Counted from the first letter of the stretch, positions 27,785 to 38,157 are shown. The stretch is 64,000 nucleotides of DNA from Gammaproteobacteria bacterium (GCA_051252515.1 JBPOFS010000004.1:228880-292879); one strand, 5' to 3'. The notes: generated by a model not told the origin, from the letters alone. Program-made: numbers and translations.

Positions 27785-29908
27785 ATGAAGAACTTCGTCC
27801 GAATGACGTTACCAGCATGCATAATCGCCGCGAATGCCGCTTATGCACAACCACAAAATGTCGAAGAAATTTTGGTCATTGGTGTTCAAGACACCCATAC
27901 GGTACGCACTGACGATACGATGGTTGCACCAGCCGATACTGCCGAACTTCTAAAGAGAATGCCCGGAGCAAACGTCAACAAGAACGGTGAACTGACCGGA
28001 ATTGCACAGTACCGTGGCATGTATGGCGATCGTATCAACGTTTCTATCAACGGTAGTCACATTAACTCTGGTGGCCCCAATGCAATGGATGCCCCACTGC
28101 ATTACGCCCCTGTTGCACTCATTGAATCTCTCTCGATCAGCCGCGGTATTGTACCGGTCAGTATGGGGCAAGAGACCATTGGGGGGCATATGACGGCCGA
28201 AACCTATAGTGGAGAATTCGGAACGTCCGACTCTTTTGGTTTTGCAGGACGCGCCTATTTCGGTGGACAGTCGATCAACGAAGGACAAGTGGGTAGCGCC
28301 CTGCTTTCACTTGCCAATCGCAATCACATATTCCGTACCTTCTTAATGCATGAAAAAGGCGACAACTCCGAGTTCTCTGGCGGAACAATCCTGTCTTCTG
28401 AATATGACCGTGACCGTTGGGATCTAGGTTATAGCTATCAGCGTGGCAGTCATGAGTTCACAGTTGATTTTGCTCGCAACAATACACTTAAAGCTGGCAC
28501 GGCAGCGCTGCCGATGGATATTCTCGCGCTAGATAGCGATCTGTTCCGAACCAAGTATGAATACAGTGGCGCGGACTACCGCATCACCGCTCGATACTCT
28601 AACGATGACATTTTGCACATCATGAGCAACAACCAGTTGCGCCGTCCTCCGCAAACGGCAGCAGGGACACCCGACGGTATGCGCTTTAGAGACGCCCTTA
28701 CCACAAGTGATAGCCAAGGCTTTTCCGTTAAGATTGAACGTGATGTAGACAATGGTGTTTGGAAGGCAGGTTTTGACGGCAACCTCGCTAAACACAATGC
28801 CTTGATCATGAACCCTAATGCGGCGGCATTCTATATCGACAACTTCAAAGACATCGAACGAGATGTTTTAGGGGTCTATGTCGAGCGTGAAATGTCAGTG
28901 GCAGATAATATGGGTCTTGAGTACGGTGTGCGTTATAACCGTGTCACTTCCGACTCGGGTCAAGTGGCAGCTAATCTCAACCCTATGAATGCCACTACTG
29001 GCATGCCTGTCATGATGAACGATATGGCCCAGGCACTATTGAGCCGATTCAACAACAGTGACCTTTCCCAGACCGATGGCAATCTCGATTGGTTTACTCG
29101 TTTAAGCATTGAGAGCGGATACGACACCACTTGGTATGTCGGTGCGGCTAGAAAATCACGCGCCCCTTCTTATCAAGAGCGGTATTTGTGGATGCCGATG
29201 ACCTCAACAGGCGGGCTGGCTGACGGTAAAAACTACACGGGCAACCCTGATCTAAAACCAGAAGTTTCACACGAAATCGAAGTTGGTTTTGATTACGATG
29301 GTGACACCTTGTCGATCTATCCACGTGCCTATTACCGCGATGTCAGCGACTTCATTCAAGGTGTTCCAAGCACGGACATGATGTCGGTTAACTTCGCATT
29401 GATGATGGCCAATATGGGGATGGGAGCACCAGACCCACTACAGTTTGCGAACGTAGATGCTAAGTATTACGGCTTTGATGTGGAAGCCTCACTGCAGTTT
29501 AGTGACAGCATTGACCTGCGCTCTGTGGCTAGCATTGTGCGCGGCAAACGCAAAGACATCTCCGATGATCTTTACCGCATTTCACCAGACAATTTATTGT
29601 TAGCTGTGGATTATCACCGCAACAACTGGTCCACTAGTTTTGAAACAGTTTTCTATGCCTCACAGAATCACGTTTCGCAAACAAATCTAGAGGCCGAAAC
29701 TGACGGGTACACAGTGGTTAACCTCACCGGACGTTGGAATGTGAGCCCAGATTTAGAGCTAGGTGCGGGAATTAACAATCTTCTAGATGAAGAGTATGAG
29801 GACCATTTGTCTGGATACAATCGTGCTTATAACCCAGATATCGCTACCGGCGATCGCCTACCCGGTTTGGGACGCAGTTTGTATGCGCGTATGATGTGGT
29901 ACTTCTAA
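27785..29908 (+). CDS. TonB-dependent outer-membrane receptor
   Basis: 707 aa with a signal peptide, a TonB-box-like EEILVIG, a plug domain, a long beta-barrel and a C-terminal aromatic residue (RMMWYF). Confidence 0.9.
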   Translation: MKNFVRMTLPACIIAANAAYAQPQNVEEILVIGVQDTHTVRTDDTMVAPADTAELLKRMPGANVNKNGELTGIAQYRGMYGDRINVSINGSHINSGGPNAMDAPLHYAPVALIESLSISRGIVPVSMGQETIGGHMTAETYSGEFGTSDSFGFAGRAYFGGQSINEGQVGSALLSLANRNHIFRTFLMHEKGDNSEFSGGTILSSEYDRDRWDLGYSYQRGSHEFTVDFARNNTLKAGTAALPMDILALDSDLFRTKYEYSGADYRITARYSNDDILHIMSNNQLRRPPQTAAGTPDGMRFRDALTTSDSQGFSVKIERDVDNGVWKAGFDGNLAKHNALIMNPNAAAFYIDNFKDIERDVLGVYVEREMSVADNMGLEYGVRYNRVTSDSGQVAANLNPMNATTGMPVMMNDMAQALLSRFNNSDLSQTDGNLDWFTRLSIESGYDTTWYVGAARKSRAPSYQERYLWMPMTSTGGLADGKNYTGNPDLKPEVSHEIEVGFDYDGDTLSIYPRAYYRDVSDFIQGVPSTDMMSVNFALMMANMGMGAPDPLQFANVDAKYYGFDVEASLQFSDSIDLRSVASIVRGKRKDISDDLYRISPDNLLLAVDYHRNNWSTSFETVFYASQNHVSQTNLEAETDGYTVVNLTGRWNVSPDLELGAGINNLLDEEYEDHLSGYNRAYNPDIATGDRLPGLGRSLYARMMWYF

Positions 29909-29931
29909 TTACACAGACTTATCTCAACAAT

Positions 29932-29960
29932 AAAAAAAGGGCCTTTCGGCCCTTTTTTTA
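29932..29960. terminator. Bidirectional rho-independent terminator between convergent genes
   Basis: AAAAAAAGGGCC-TTTC-GGCCCTTTTTTT, with A- and T-tracts on both sides. Confidence 0.85.
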
Positions 29961-29977
29961 TGCAACTGCGTTCAAAC

Positions 29978-31147
29978 CTAATTGGCTGGTTCTAAACGTA
30001 CTATCGGTGTTGATGCCCCTGAACGATCCTCGATGGCAACATAAATGAAACCATCCGGTCCTTGACGAACGTCACGGATACGGCCGATATACGGCAGTAG
30101 AGTTTCTTCGGTAAGCACCTTAGTGCCGTCTTCGCTTAGCGTTAGACGCGCCAATTGCTCACCCGCGAGCCCACCGGCAATGATATTGCCGTTCCAGGCA
30201 GGAAAGCGTGAGCCACTGTAAACAATCAGCCCAGACGCCGCGATCGAAGGAACCCAGAAATGAACCGGATTCTCCATCCCCTCACGGGCAATCGATTCGT
30301 GAATCGGCGTGCCAGGACCATAGTTCAAACCACGCCCAACCACAGGCCAGCCATAATTTTTGGTAGGCGTGATCAAGTTAAGCTCGTCGCCACCTTGAGG
30401 ACCGTGTTCGGTCATCCACAAATTGCCATTCGAAGGATCGAACGCTAGGCCTTGTGGGCTGCGATGACCATAGCTCCATATTTCTGGCTTGATCCCCATT
30501 TGACCAACATAGGGGTTATCAGCAGGAACACTGCCGTCAGCATTCAAACGAACAACCACGCCTTGGTGATTAGATCGATCCTGCGCGGGGTGAGCCTCTA
30601 GGTCGCCATTTGGCGGAGCCATACGATCGCCCAATGTCACGAACAGATAACCATCCGCGTCGAATGCTATGCGCCCACCATAATGGCCAGCACCGTTAGC
30701 ATCAGCAGCGAAGATTTCTTCTACGTCTACTAGGCTGTCATTAACAAAACGTCCGCGCACAACAGCGGTGGTAGAGGTACCAAGCTCTGCAAGAGGTTTG
30801 GCGAAGCTGAGGTAGAGGTATTGATTATTAGCAAAGTCTGGGTGGGGCAACACATCGAAAAGCCCTGCTTGTCCGCCAGTGGTGAACACTTCGGGTACGC
30901 CAGGCACTGCCGCTCCTAACAATTGCCCGTCGCGAATAATGCGTAATCTTCCTGCCCGCTCTGTCACTAGCATGTCACCACCAGGTAACCAAGCCATTGA
31001 CCAAGGTACTTGCAGCCCGTCAGCGACGGTCACTATACGAAAGTCGTGCAAGACAGATTTCTGCACCTCAGGTTGGGCCTGCACTGGTAACACACTGGCC
31101 ACAGCAAGACTTAACGCGGCTGCTGTCAGTATTAATGGACGTAACAT
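29978..31147 (-). CDS. PQQ-dependent soluble sugar (glucose/sorbosone) dehydrogenase, YliI-like
   Basis: It has a signal peptide and beta-propeller blocks (PWSMAWLPGGDMLVTERAGRLR, GLFDVLPHPDF, HYGGRIAFD, SYGHRSPQGLAFD, EHGPQGGDELN). The start is placed at the ATG 6 nt after AGGAGA. The ORF track start at 31204 is probably too long. Confidence 0.8.
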   Translation of the reverse strand: MLRPLILTAAALSLAVASVLPVQAQPEVQKSVLHDFRIVTVADGLQVPWSMAWLPGGDMLVTERAGRLRIIRDGQLLGAAVPGVPEVFTTGGQAGLFDVLPHPDFANNQYLYLSFAKPLAELGTSTTAVVRGRFVNDSLVDVEEIFAADANGAGHYGGRIAFDADGYLFVTLGDRMAPPNGDLEAHPAQDRSNHQGVVVRLNADGSVPADNPYVGQMGIKPEIWSYGHRSPQGLAFDPSNGNLWMTEHGPQGGDELNLITPTKNYGWPVVGRGLNYGPGTPIHESIAREGMENPVHFWVPSIAASGLIVYSGSRFPAWNGNIIAGGLAGEQLARLTLSEDGTKVLTEETLLPYIGRIRDVRQGPDGFIYVAIEDRSGASTPIVRLEPAN

Positions 31148-31290
31148 AATCATTCTCCTATTTTTCTTGAATTGTAAGAGTTCTGACCGCATATAAGGCG
31201 ACATCTTTGGGCTATATTCCGGCGCCTAGCTTGCATTCAATAACGTCAAACGTGTGCTCAGAAGACCGGATAGTTAAGAAAAACGTTTCC

Positions 31291-32394
31291 ATGCCATGGA
31301 CCGGCTTCAAATTCGAATCGCAAACAGAAAAGGTAAATGCTTTGAAAAGTTTATTTGATCAAATACAAATAGGGGATCTGACCCTTCCAAACCGCATCAT
31401 TATGGCTCCTTTAACTCGCTGCAGAGCTAGTGCAGGGCGAGTGCCCAATGCTCTTATGGCAAAGTATTACACACAAAGAGCTAACGCAGGACTAATTATC
31501 AGCGAAGCCACCTCAGTCACGCCTATGGGCGTGGGTTATCCCAATACCCCAGGTATTTGGTCAGATGAGCAAGTTGAAGGTTGGAAATTAGTCACCGACG
31601 CCGTGCATAAAGCGGGCGGCCAGATTGTCTTACAGCTTTGGCATGTCGGACGTATTTCAGACCCAATGTATTTGGATGGTCAATCGACAGTGGCCCCTAG
31701 CGCCATCGCGGCCAAAGGGCATGTGAGTTTAGTTCGCCCTGAGAAGGCCTACAGCACCCCTAGAGCATTAACTACAGATGAGATAGCGCAAGTGATCGAG
31801 GACTACCGCAAGGGAGCCGAGAACGCCAAGAAAGCAGGTTTTGATGGTGTAGAACTCCATGGTGCCAATGGTTACTTACTCGACCAGTTCCTACAGACCT
31901 CAACCAATAAGCGTGACGATCAATATGGCGGCAGTTTAGAGAATCGAGCACGCTTAATGCTGGCGGCGACAGATGCCGCTATTTCTGTGTGGGGAGCAAG
32001 CCGTGTTGGGGTCCATTTAGCGCCTCGAGCCGATGCCCATGACATGGGTGACGACAATCTTGTAGAGACTTTCACTTATGTCGCCTCTGAGCTGGGTAAG
32101 CGAAAAATCGCTTTCATTTGTACCCGAGAAAATTTCAATGCTCCAGCGCTTACACCGGCCCTCAAAAAAGCGTTCGGCGGCACGGTCATCATCAATGAGC
32201 AGATGACTAAGGAGCAAGCCATAGAGTTGATAGAGAAAGGGGATGGAGATGCTGTCGCATTCGGGCGCTTGTATATCGCTAATCCCGACTTGGTTGAACG
32301 TCTGCGCACTGACGCGCAACTCAACCCGTTGAATGCGGATACTATCTATGCCGAAGGCGAGACCGGTTATACCGACTACCCTGCTCTAGCGTAA
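31291..32394 (+). CDS. Old Yellow Enzyme-family NADH:flavin oxidoreductase (N-ethylmaleimide/alkene reductase type)
   Basis: OYE blocks are PNRIIMAPLTRCRA, QLWHVGR, GFDGVELHGANGYLLDQF and RLYIANPDL. The start is uncertain (31291 ATG is preferred over 31207). Confidence 0.85.
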   Translation: MPWTGFKFESQTEKVNALKSLFDQIQIGDLTLPNRIIMAPLTRCRASAGRVPNALMAKYYTQRANAGLIISEATSVTPMGVGYPNTPGIWSDEQVEGWKLVTDAVHKAGGQIVLQLWHVGRISDPMYLDGQSTVAPSAIAAKGHVSLVRPEKAYSTPRALTTDEIAQVIEDYRKGAENAKKAGFDGVELHGANGYLLDQFLQTSTNKRDDQYGGSLENRARLMLAATDAAISVWGASRVGVHLAPRADAHDMGDDNLVETFTYVASELGKRKIAFICTRENFNAPALTPALKKAFGGTVIINEQMTKEQAIELIEKGDGDAVAFGRLYIANPDLVERLRTDAQLNPLNADTIYAEGETGYTDYPALA

Positions 32395-32413
32395 CTGTGG
32401 CGGCACAAGGGGC

Positions 32414-34339
32414 TTAGTGATGAGCCTTTTGTGCCGTCTCAATCGGAATCGGAGGTATCGGACAGTCTAAAGTAGCGCCGATCGCTCTGAAAACTTCGAG
32501 CTCTTGCGCACTAGCAACGCCATCAGCTGCGATGACAATTGCACAGGCCTTTAAAAACGCAGGTTTTTGCAAAGGCTTCATACTCTTAAGCGCATCGAGC
32601 GCTGTGTTGATTTGCGTAATACTCATAGTGTCGCGCGCCGGTAACTTCACGACATCAATATTCAAAGTTTCGAGCGCTTGCTGATAGATAGATTCTTCAT
32701 CAGCACTAGTAGATTGTCCGGCCATTGACACGAATGCCAAGATCATCTGACATTCCTTCGCAAGATGCTTCAAAGAGTGGTGTGCGGTGTGATGAAGTCT
32801 GTTCTTGGGTTGGAACACAGCCTCCAATTGATGCAAGACTACTCGTTGCAGAACCCATTCCCACAAACTTGTACGCCCATCACTTTGTATCAACACTTGC
32901 AGGTTTTCTTTGAACTTTGAAAATTGTTCAGGGCTTAATTGACGCAGCGCTGGCAAGCACACATTGACCAAGGGCAAGCGGTACTCTGTTTGCAATTGAA
33001 TCTGCTTGGATTCCAACTCAACAAGCGCCTTAAACACAGCGACATCGGCCGATTGCTCCAGCGCAGTAAGCTGTTGCTCACGCAATGCTTCCGACTCGTC
33101 TAATAGCAATAAGTAAATGACTGCCCTGGCGCTAAATGGGTCTCGAGCAGCTTCAACGAAGGCATCAGGGATAGCCGCCAAAATAGTTTTGGCCTGCTCA
33201 AGATTGGCCTCTTGTAGCTTACCGGTCTTAGCTAAGAGCGAATCGATAAGAACCAATGCACTCAAGGCACTCATGGCTTGTTCTGGAGATGCAGCACTGG
33301 CCTTCGCGCTAGATGGCGCCGATGCCACTTTAATATCTCTATTGGGCAAATCAAAACTTCCATCCCATTGCGGCTGAAGCTGTTTAATGCGCTTTTCTAG
33401 CGGTGGATGCGTGGCGAAAAGTGAGTTGATTGAGGAGCGCACTCCGTTCCCAAACAACGAGTGACTAATCTCCGCTGCGCCTGGGTTATCCAAGATAGAG
33501 CCTGTTTCATTTGCGCCGATACGCTTTAATGCATCAGCTATGCCATCAGGGTTGCGTGTGTATTGCACGGCAGAGGCATCGGCTAGAAATTCGCGCTGAC
33601 GGCTTACTGCGGATTTGATCAAATTTCCAAAAAACGTCCCGGCGAAGCCTATGACCACAAGGCCAATTCCGACTACCGCAAGGTTATTACCATTTTTAGA
33701 ACGACGAGAATACATAGTAGTCCGCATCAAGTAATAGCCAATGATGCCCAGCACCATGATCCCGTGCAAAATCCCTATCAGGCGGATATTGATGCGCATA
33801 TCCCCGTGTAAAATATGGCTGAACTCGTGTGCGATAACGCCTTGTAGCTCGTCACGACTTAAGCTTCTAATCGCGCCACGGGTAATGCCTATTACCGCAT
33901 CGCTTGTACTATAGCCTGCAGCAAAAGCGTTGATCGCGCTCTCTTCCAAAATGTAGACAGGCGGCACCGGCATTCCCGATGCGATCGCCATCTCTTCCAC
34001 GACATTGAGAATGCGTTGTTCGTCCAAATCCTCACTGCCCGAGACAACGAGACGTCCCTGCATCATTTCGGCAATGCGGGCACCACCACCAGACAAACTG
34101 ATCATCTTGTAAAGTGAGCCAAACCCTACAACCGCAAGGACAGCCACACTGACATAAGCAAACAGACGCCAGTCAATGCTCTGAAACATCGGGACATCGA
34201 TCGTTTCAGCAAAGGCGCCTAATGCGAAGAGTATTAAAAGATTGGTAATAGCGATAAGGCTGATAAGAGATAAAACGAACAAGCCCACAAGCCTGACCGT
34301 GTTCTTACGGGCAATGTCCTGTGATCGGAAAAAATCCAT
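32414..34339 (-). CDS. M48-family Zn metallopeptidase with long C-terminal (TerB-like) extension
   Basis: 641 aa with N-terminal TM helices and the HExxH motif in VIAHEFSHILHGD. The C-terminal end AIVIAADGVASAQELEVFRAI is TerB-like. It is paired with an upstream lemA. Confidence 0.78.
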   Translation of the reverse strand: MDFFRSQDIARKNTVRLVGLFVLSLISLIAITNLLILFALGAFAETIDVPMFQSIDWRLFAYVSVAVLAVVGFGSLYKMISLSGGGARIAEMMQGRLVVSGSEDLDEQRILNVVEEMAIASGMPVPPVYILEESAINAFAAGYSTSDAVIGITRGAIRSLSRDELQGVIAHEFSHILHGDMRINIRLIGILHGIMVLGIIGYYLMRTTMYSRRSKNGNNLAVVGIGLVVIGFAGTFFGNLIKSAVSRQREFLADASAVQYTRNPDGIADALKRIGANETGSILDNPGAAEISHSLFGNGVRSSINSLFATHPPLEKRIKQLQPQWDGSFDLPNRDIKVASAPSSAKASAASPEQAMSALSALVLIDSLLAKTGKLQEANLEQAKTILAAIPDAFVEAARDPFSARAVIYLLLLDESEALREQQLTALEQSADVAVFKALVELESKQIQLQTEYRLPLVNVCLPALRQLSPEQFSKFKENLQVLIQSDGRTSLWEWVLQRVVLHQLEAVFQPKNRLHHTAHHSLKHLAKECQMILAFVSMAGQSTSADEESIYQQALETLNIDVVKLPARDTMSITQINTALDALKSMKPLQKPAFLKACAIVIAADGVASAQELEVFRAIGATLDCPIPPIPIETAQKAHH

Positions 34340-34362
34340 GTTCGCTCTCTCTTATCGCATAA

Positions 34363-34959
34363 TTAGAATGATACTTTTGGTGCTTCTTGAATTTGCTCGC
34401 TGTCGGCAAATTGTAAAAGCGAAGCGTCTTGAGCATGACCAAACATTCCTGCGAATACAACAGGAGGAAAGGACTGCTTATAGGTGTTGTACATCATCAC
34501 TTGATCGTTGAAGGACTGTCTCGCAAATGCGACTTTGTTCTCGGTACTGGTCAACTCTTCACTGACCTGCATCATGTTCTGATTCGCCTTGAGGTCAGGA
34601 TAGGCTTCCATCACAACGTTTAAACGTCCCATGGCCGCGCCTAACGCCCCTTCTTGACCAGCAAGGTCTGACATAGCTGCCGCATTGCCTGGGTTGGCCG
34701 CAGCCGCTGCTAGGCCATTGGCTGCCGCGTTACGAGCCGAGATAACGGCTTCTAAAGTTTCGCGCTCATGCCCCATATACGCTTTAGCGGTTTCAACAAG
34801 ATTGGGAATTAAGTCATAACGACGTTTAAGCTGCACTTCGATCTGCGCGAAGGCATTCTGATAGCGATTTCGAAGACTAACGAGTTGATTGTAAATCGCA
34901 ATAGCGTAAAAAAAGATAGCGGCTATTAGGGCTAGTACAACGATCATTGTAATACTCAT
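34363..34959 (-). CDS. lemA: LemA-family membrane protein
   Basis: 198 aa with one N-terminal TM helix and typical LemA blocks (YNQLV.LRN......AQIEVQLKRRYDLIPNLVETAK, EAYPDLKAN). Confidence 0.85.
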   Translation of the reverse strand: MSITMIVVLALIAAIFFYAIAIYNQLVSLRNRYQNAFAQIEVQLKRRYDLIPNLVETAKAYMGHERETLEAVISARNAAANGLAAAAANPGNAAAMSDLAGQEGALGAAMGRLNVVMEAYPDLKANQNMMQVSEELTSTENKVAFARQSFNDQVMMYNTYKQSFPPVVFAGMFGHAQDASLLQFADSEQIQEAPKVSF

Positions 34960-35021
34960 GACGCCTCCTTATTGACGAAGAAGACGCGAGCGAGAGTCAT
35001 CTCTCACTCGCGCAGTTTTGT

Positions 35022-37217
35022 TTATGGCAATGCAAGCGCAACGATACGCGCCGCTTCACCAAGCGAGCTCACAGACATCACTATAAATTGTTTGCCATTA
35101 ACCATATACGTCATTGGCACACCAGTGACAGTCCCTGGCATCATTAATTTAGCAACGATGTCGCCTGTAGTCTTATCAAACGCCCATAGTGCATTCTCAC
35201 CACCTGGGCCTTCGCCGGCAAACAATAACGTCTTAGTCAGTACTAGACCAGAGCGTGTTGGCTTGCCTGTGCGACCAATATCGACGCCTTTCAGCAATGG
35301 GTGATTCTTGATTGAATCCGGAGTATCACCATTGGGAATTACCCACTTGTGATCGCCCGAGCTCATATCGATAGCTGTAATACGGCCATAGGGCGGCTTC
35401 ACTAGCGGAATACCATCAAGAGAAGGCGTTCGGCTTCCGCCTTGGATGTAGTCCACGCTAGAGGCATTAGGCTCGTTTGTCAGAGACAACACACTAGTGG
35501 CCGTGCGTGAAGGCACATATAGCAACCCTGTTTCTGGATCATAGGCGGCGCCTTCCCAGTTGGATCCACCCGTAGATGAAGGCAGGTGCAATGTGCCCTG
35601 AGAGCCATCTTTTGGGTCTTCAAACAATGAAGGAGGCGTGAACACCGAGGTGCTAAAGCGGAAACGTGATGCAGTCTCTTTAGCTAGCGCCAGAATCTCC
35701 GGAGTAAAGTCGACTAGGTCCTCTTCCTGAAACCCCTGTCGGTCATAAGGCAGTGGCTTCGTTGGGAAAGGCTGCGTTGCAGCAGTCCACTCTCCAGGCA
35801 CATCAGTTTGCGGAACAGCTCGCTCCTCAACGGGGAACAATGGTTCGCCTGTCGCTGGGTCAAACATAAACAAATGCGATTGCTTCAAGGTTTGAATCAA
35901 TGCGCGCTTGCCGCTTGGCAGAGTCGCTAAGATAGGGGCCGACGGTGTATCCCAGTCCCAAATGTCATGGTGTGTCGTCTGGAAGTGCCAGCGCATTTCA
36001 CCCGTCTTATAATCGACAGCTACAGTTGAGCTTGCGTAAAGATTATTGCCTGGACGGTCGCCGCCGTAGCGATCGCCAGTGGCGGATTCGACCGGAAGGT
36101 AAACCACACCTAGCTCTTTGTCCGCTGACATTGGCGCCCAAACACCGGCGTTACCAGTGAACTCAGCGCCGGCCAACCATGTCTCAGAGCCTGGCTCACC
36201 CGATTCTGGAATCGTTTTGAAGGTCCATAGTAATTCACCCGTGGTCGCATCAAAACCGCGTACATCGCCCTTTACATTGCTGGACGATACTGGACGCATA
36301 CCCACTAAGTGTGCCGCACCGGTAATCACCACGCCGTCTATCGCCATTGGCATAAACGACATACCGATATCAATCCCGTCACGCCCTGGTCCAAGACGAA
36401 GCCCTTTCTGCAGATCAACCCAACCAGCATCACCAAAGGTTTCAATCTCACGGCCAGTATCCGCATCCAAGGCTACTAAGAAATAGCCTGGAGTGATCAC
36501 AAAGATCACATCGCGACCATTATCGTTGTAATACGTTAGCCCCTTACCGGACCCTTTCCGTGGAGCCGCATCAAAACGTGCGCCTTCATCGGGACGCCAC
36601 ATCCACTGAATCTGACCAGACTCAGCGTTGAGCGACACCACATTTCGCGTCGCGCCTGCAGTTGTGTAAATATTGCCATTCACCATCAAAGGCGTTGTTA
36701 CACTAAATGCCTCTGGTGAAGGGCCATATGAACCAGTATCAAACATCCACGCGATTTCAAGGTTGCGAACATTGCTAGCATCAATTTGATCTAAAGGAGC
36801 ATAGCGATTTGCATGCTCTGTCCCGTTGAAGTGAGTCCACTCAACAGTGTTAGTGTTAATTTCTTGAGCAGCGGCCGGCGTAATCGTTAAGGCTTCTAGC
36901 TGTGCACTGCTTAGCTGGCCCCCAGGCACAGGGACGTTACCTGCTGACAAAATAAAAGCGGTGACGTCAAGGTATTGATCATTAGTAAGTGAACCAGGTG
37001 TTTCGGCAGGCATAGTCGTACGAATGAGGTTGTAGAGCTCCCCACCACTGCGACCAAGCCAGTTTCCACGTAACCGGGCATCCATCTCCACCGGGACGTG
37101 ACATCGAGAACATTCGGCCTGAAACACTTCTTGGCCTCTAGAAACGTTAGCATCTTGCGCGTTGGCGCTAGCAATGCCACAAAGGCTCAGAAGTAGGAAT
37201 ATTGATAATCTTGACAC
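35022..37217 (-). CDS. PQQ-dependent dehydrogenase (quinohaemoprotein) with N-terminal c-type cytochrome domain
   Basis: The haem motif AECSRCH and the distal TTMPAE lie in the first ~120 aa and are followed by an 8-bladed PQQ propeller. The start is placed at GTG 37217, 6 nt after AAGGAGA, giving signal peptide SRLSIFLLLSLCGIASANA. The ORF track start at 37355 is likely too long. Confidence 0.78.
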   Translation of the reverse strand: MSRLSIFLLLSLCGIASANAQDANVSRGQEVFQAECSRCHVPVEMDARLRGNWLGRSGGELYNLIRTTMPAETPGSLTNDQYLDVTAFILSAGNVPVPGGQLSSAQLEALTITPAAAQEINTNTVEWTHFNGTEHANRYAPLDQIDASNVRNLEIAWMFDTGSYGPSPEAFSVTTPLMVNGNIYTTAGATRNVVSLNAESGQIQWMWRPDEGARFDAAPRKGSGKGLTYYNDNGRDVIFVITPGYFLVALDADTGREIETFGDAGWVDLQKGLRLGPGRDGIDIGMSFMPMAIDGVVITGAAHLVGMRPVSSSNVKGDVRGFDATTGELLWTFKTIPESGEPGSETWLAGAEFTGNAGVWAPMSADKELGVVYLPVESATGDRYGGDRPGNNLYASSTVAVDYKTGEMRWHFQTTHHDIWDWDTPSAPILATLPSGKRALIQTLKQSHLFMFDPATGEPLFPVEERAVPQTDVPGEWTAATQPFPTKPLPYDRQGFQEEDLVDFTPEILALAKETASRFRFSTSVFTPPSLFEDPKDGSQGTLHLPSSTGGSNWEGAAYDPETGLLYVPSRTATSVLSLTNEPNASSVDYIQGGSRTPSLDGIPLVKPPYGRITAIDMSSGDHKWVIPNGDTPDSIKNHPLLKGVDIGRTGKPTRSGLVLTKTLLFAGEGPGGENALWAFDKTTGDIVAKLMMPGTVTGVPMTYMVNGKQFIVMSVSSLGEAARIVALALP

Positions 37218-37381
37218 ACACACTCTCCTTACTTGTCTATTTCTTGTAAAACTTTTGCAGGGGCGGGATATTACTGGGTTTCTGCTCTTACGAACAGGCG
37301 ATAATGTAGGGCTAATCCTAAAAACTAGCCCTCTCAACGCTAAAAGCAATGGCATCCCCCCAAGCGGGTAAGGAGGTTATG

Positions 37382-37930
37382 TCACTCTTTCATTTCACAG
37401 CGTGGATCGCTGTTTTGCATACCGTGTATTTGCTCACGGCTTATGGGAAGTGGGGCACACCCGTGGTCAGTGCCACAGATAAGATCCCACTCAGGACGTG
37501 CAAGCTGGTGACAACCAAAACAATTGCCGCCAAACTGATTAACAACTTCTGTGGTTCCGCGTACGGCTATTTTGCTACCAGTTGCCGAAAGACTCAACTC
37601 AAAAAATTCCCAGTCGTTGGTTTCCGGATTCCAACCCTCCTGATGCTTCACCATCACTTCGGCGGGGATTAACGACACCATGGAGCCAGCAGGATACTTC
37701 CCACCAGTGCTTGAACTGGCCACCGCAACAGTGGAATCTAGGTCGCCAAGTAAGTTCGAGACGAAGAAATCCCCCACTTGGGTCATCGCGCCAAGGCAAT
37801 CAAACGAGGCATCCGTAATCTCTAACTGCTTACTCGTATCCGCGGTAAACGCTTGTCCTGCGATTAATAATGCTGAGCCCACTAAAATAGACTTCTTAAC
37901 AAACGAAAGCCGCATAATCTGTTTCCTCAT
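37382..37930 (-). CDS. Secreted mono-haem c-type cytochrome, cytochrome P460 / c'-beta-like
   Basis: 182 aa with a signal peptide and a single CxxCH (NCFGCH) about 40 aa from the C-terminus, preceded by a WEFFEL block. The size and layout resemble the P460 family. Confidence 0.45.
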   Translation of the reverse strand: MRKQIMRLSFVKKSILVGSALLIAGQAFTADTSKQLEITDASFDCLGAMTQVGDFFVSNLLGDLDSTVAVASSSTGGKYPAGSMVSLIPAEVMVKHQEGWNPETNDWEFFELSLSATGSKIAVRGTTEVVNQFGGNCFGCHQLARPEWDLICGTDHGCAPLPISREQIHGMQNSDPRCEMKE

Positions 37931-38157
37931 TGTTCTTGATATAAGCGAAATGTCACAAGCAATAATACAAGTAATAATAATTGTAGCTTGTTAGCATAAC
38001 AACCATAATCACTTTGAGTGATAACTCGAATTCGTCGCCATCAATTAAAATACACCTCTTTGCCGTGACCCACAAACAGCGCCACACCTCGCTAATTGGA
38101 CTTTTAGGTCATTTTCGAGTAGTATTTCGCCCCTAATTTACTACCAAGAATGAGCTA

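Noticed and set aside
37218-37355. N-terminal 46-codon extension of the PQQ quinohaemoprotein, and similar long 5' extensions of ORFs at 23441, 31204, 43423, 46156, 46631, 48843, 50106 and 52564
   Set aside because: The extensions lack signal-peptide logic, overlap neighbouring genes or promoters, and have internal starts with good SD sequences followed by canonical N-termini. The ORF track simply reports the longest ORFs.
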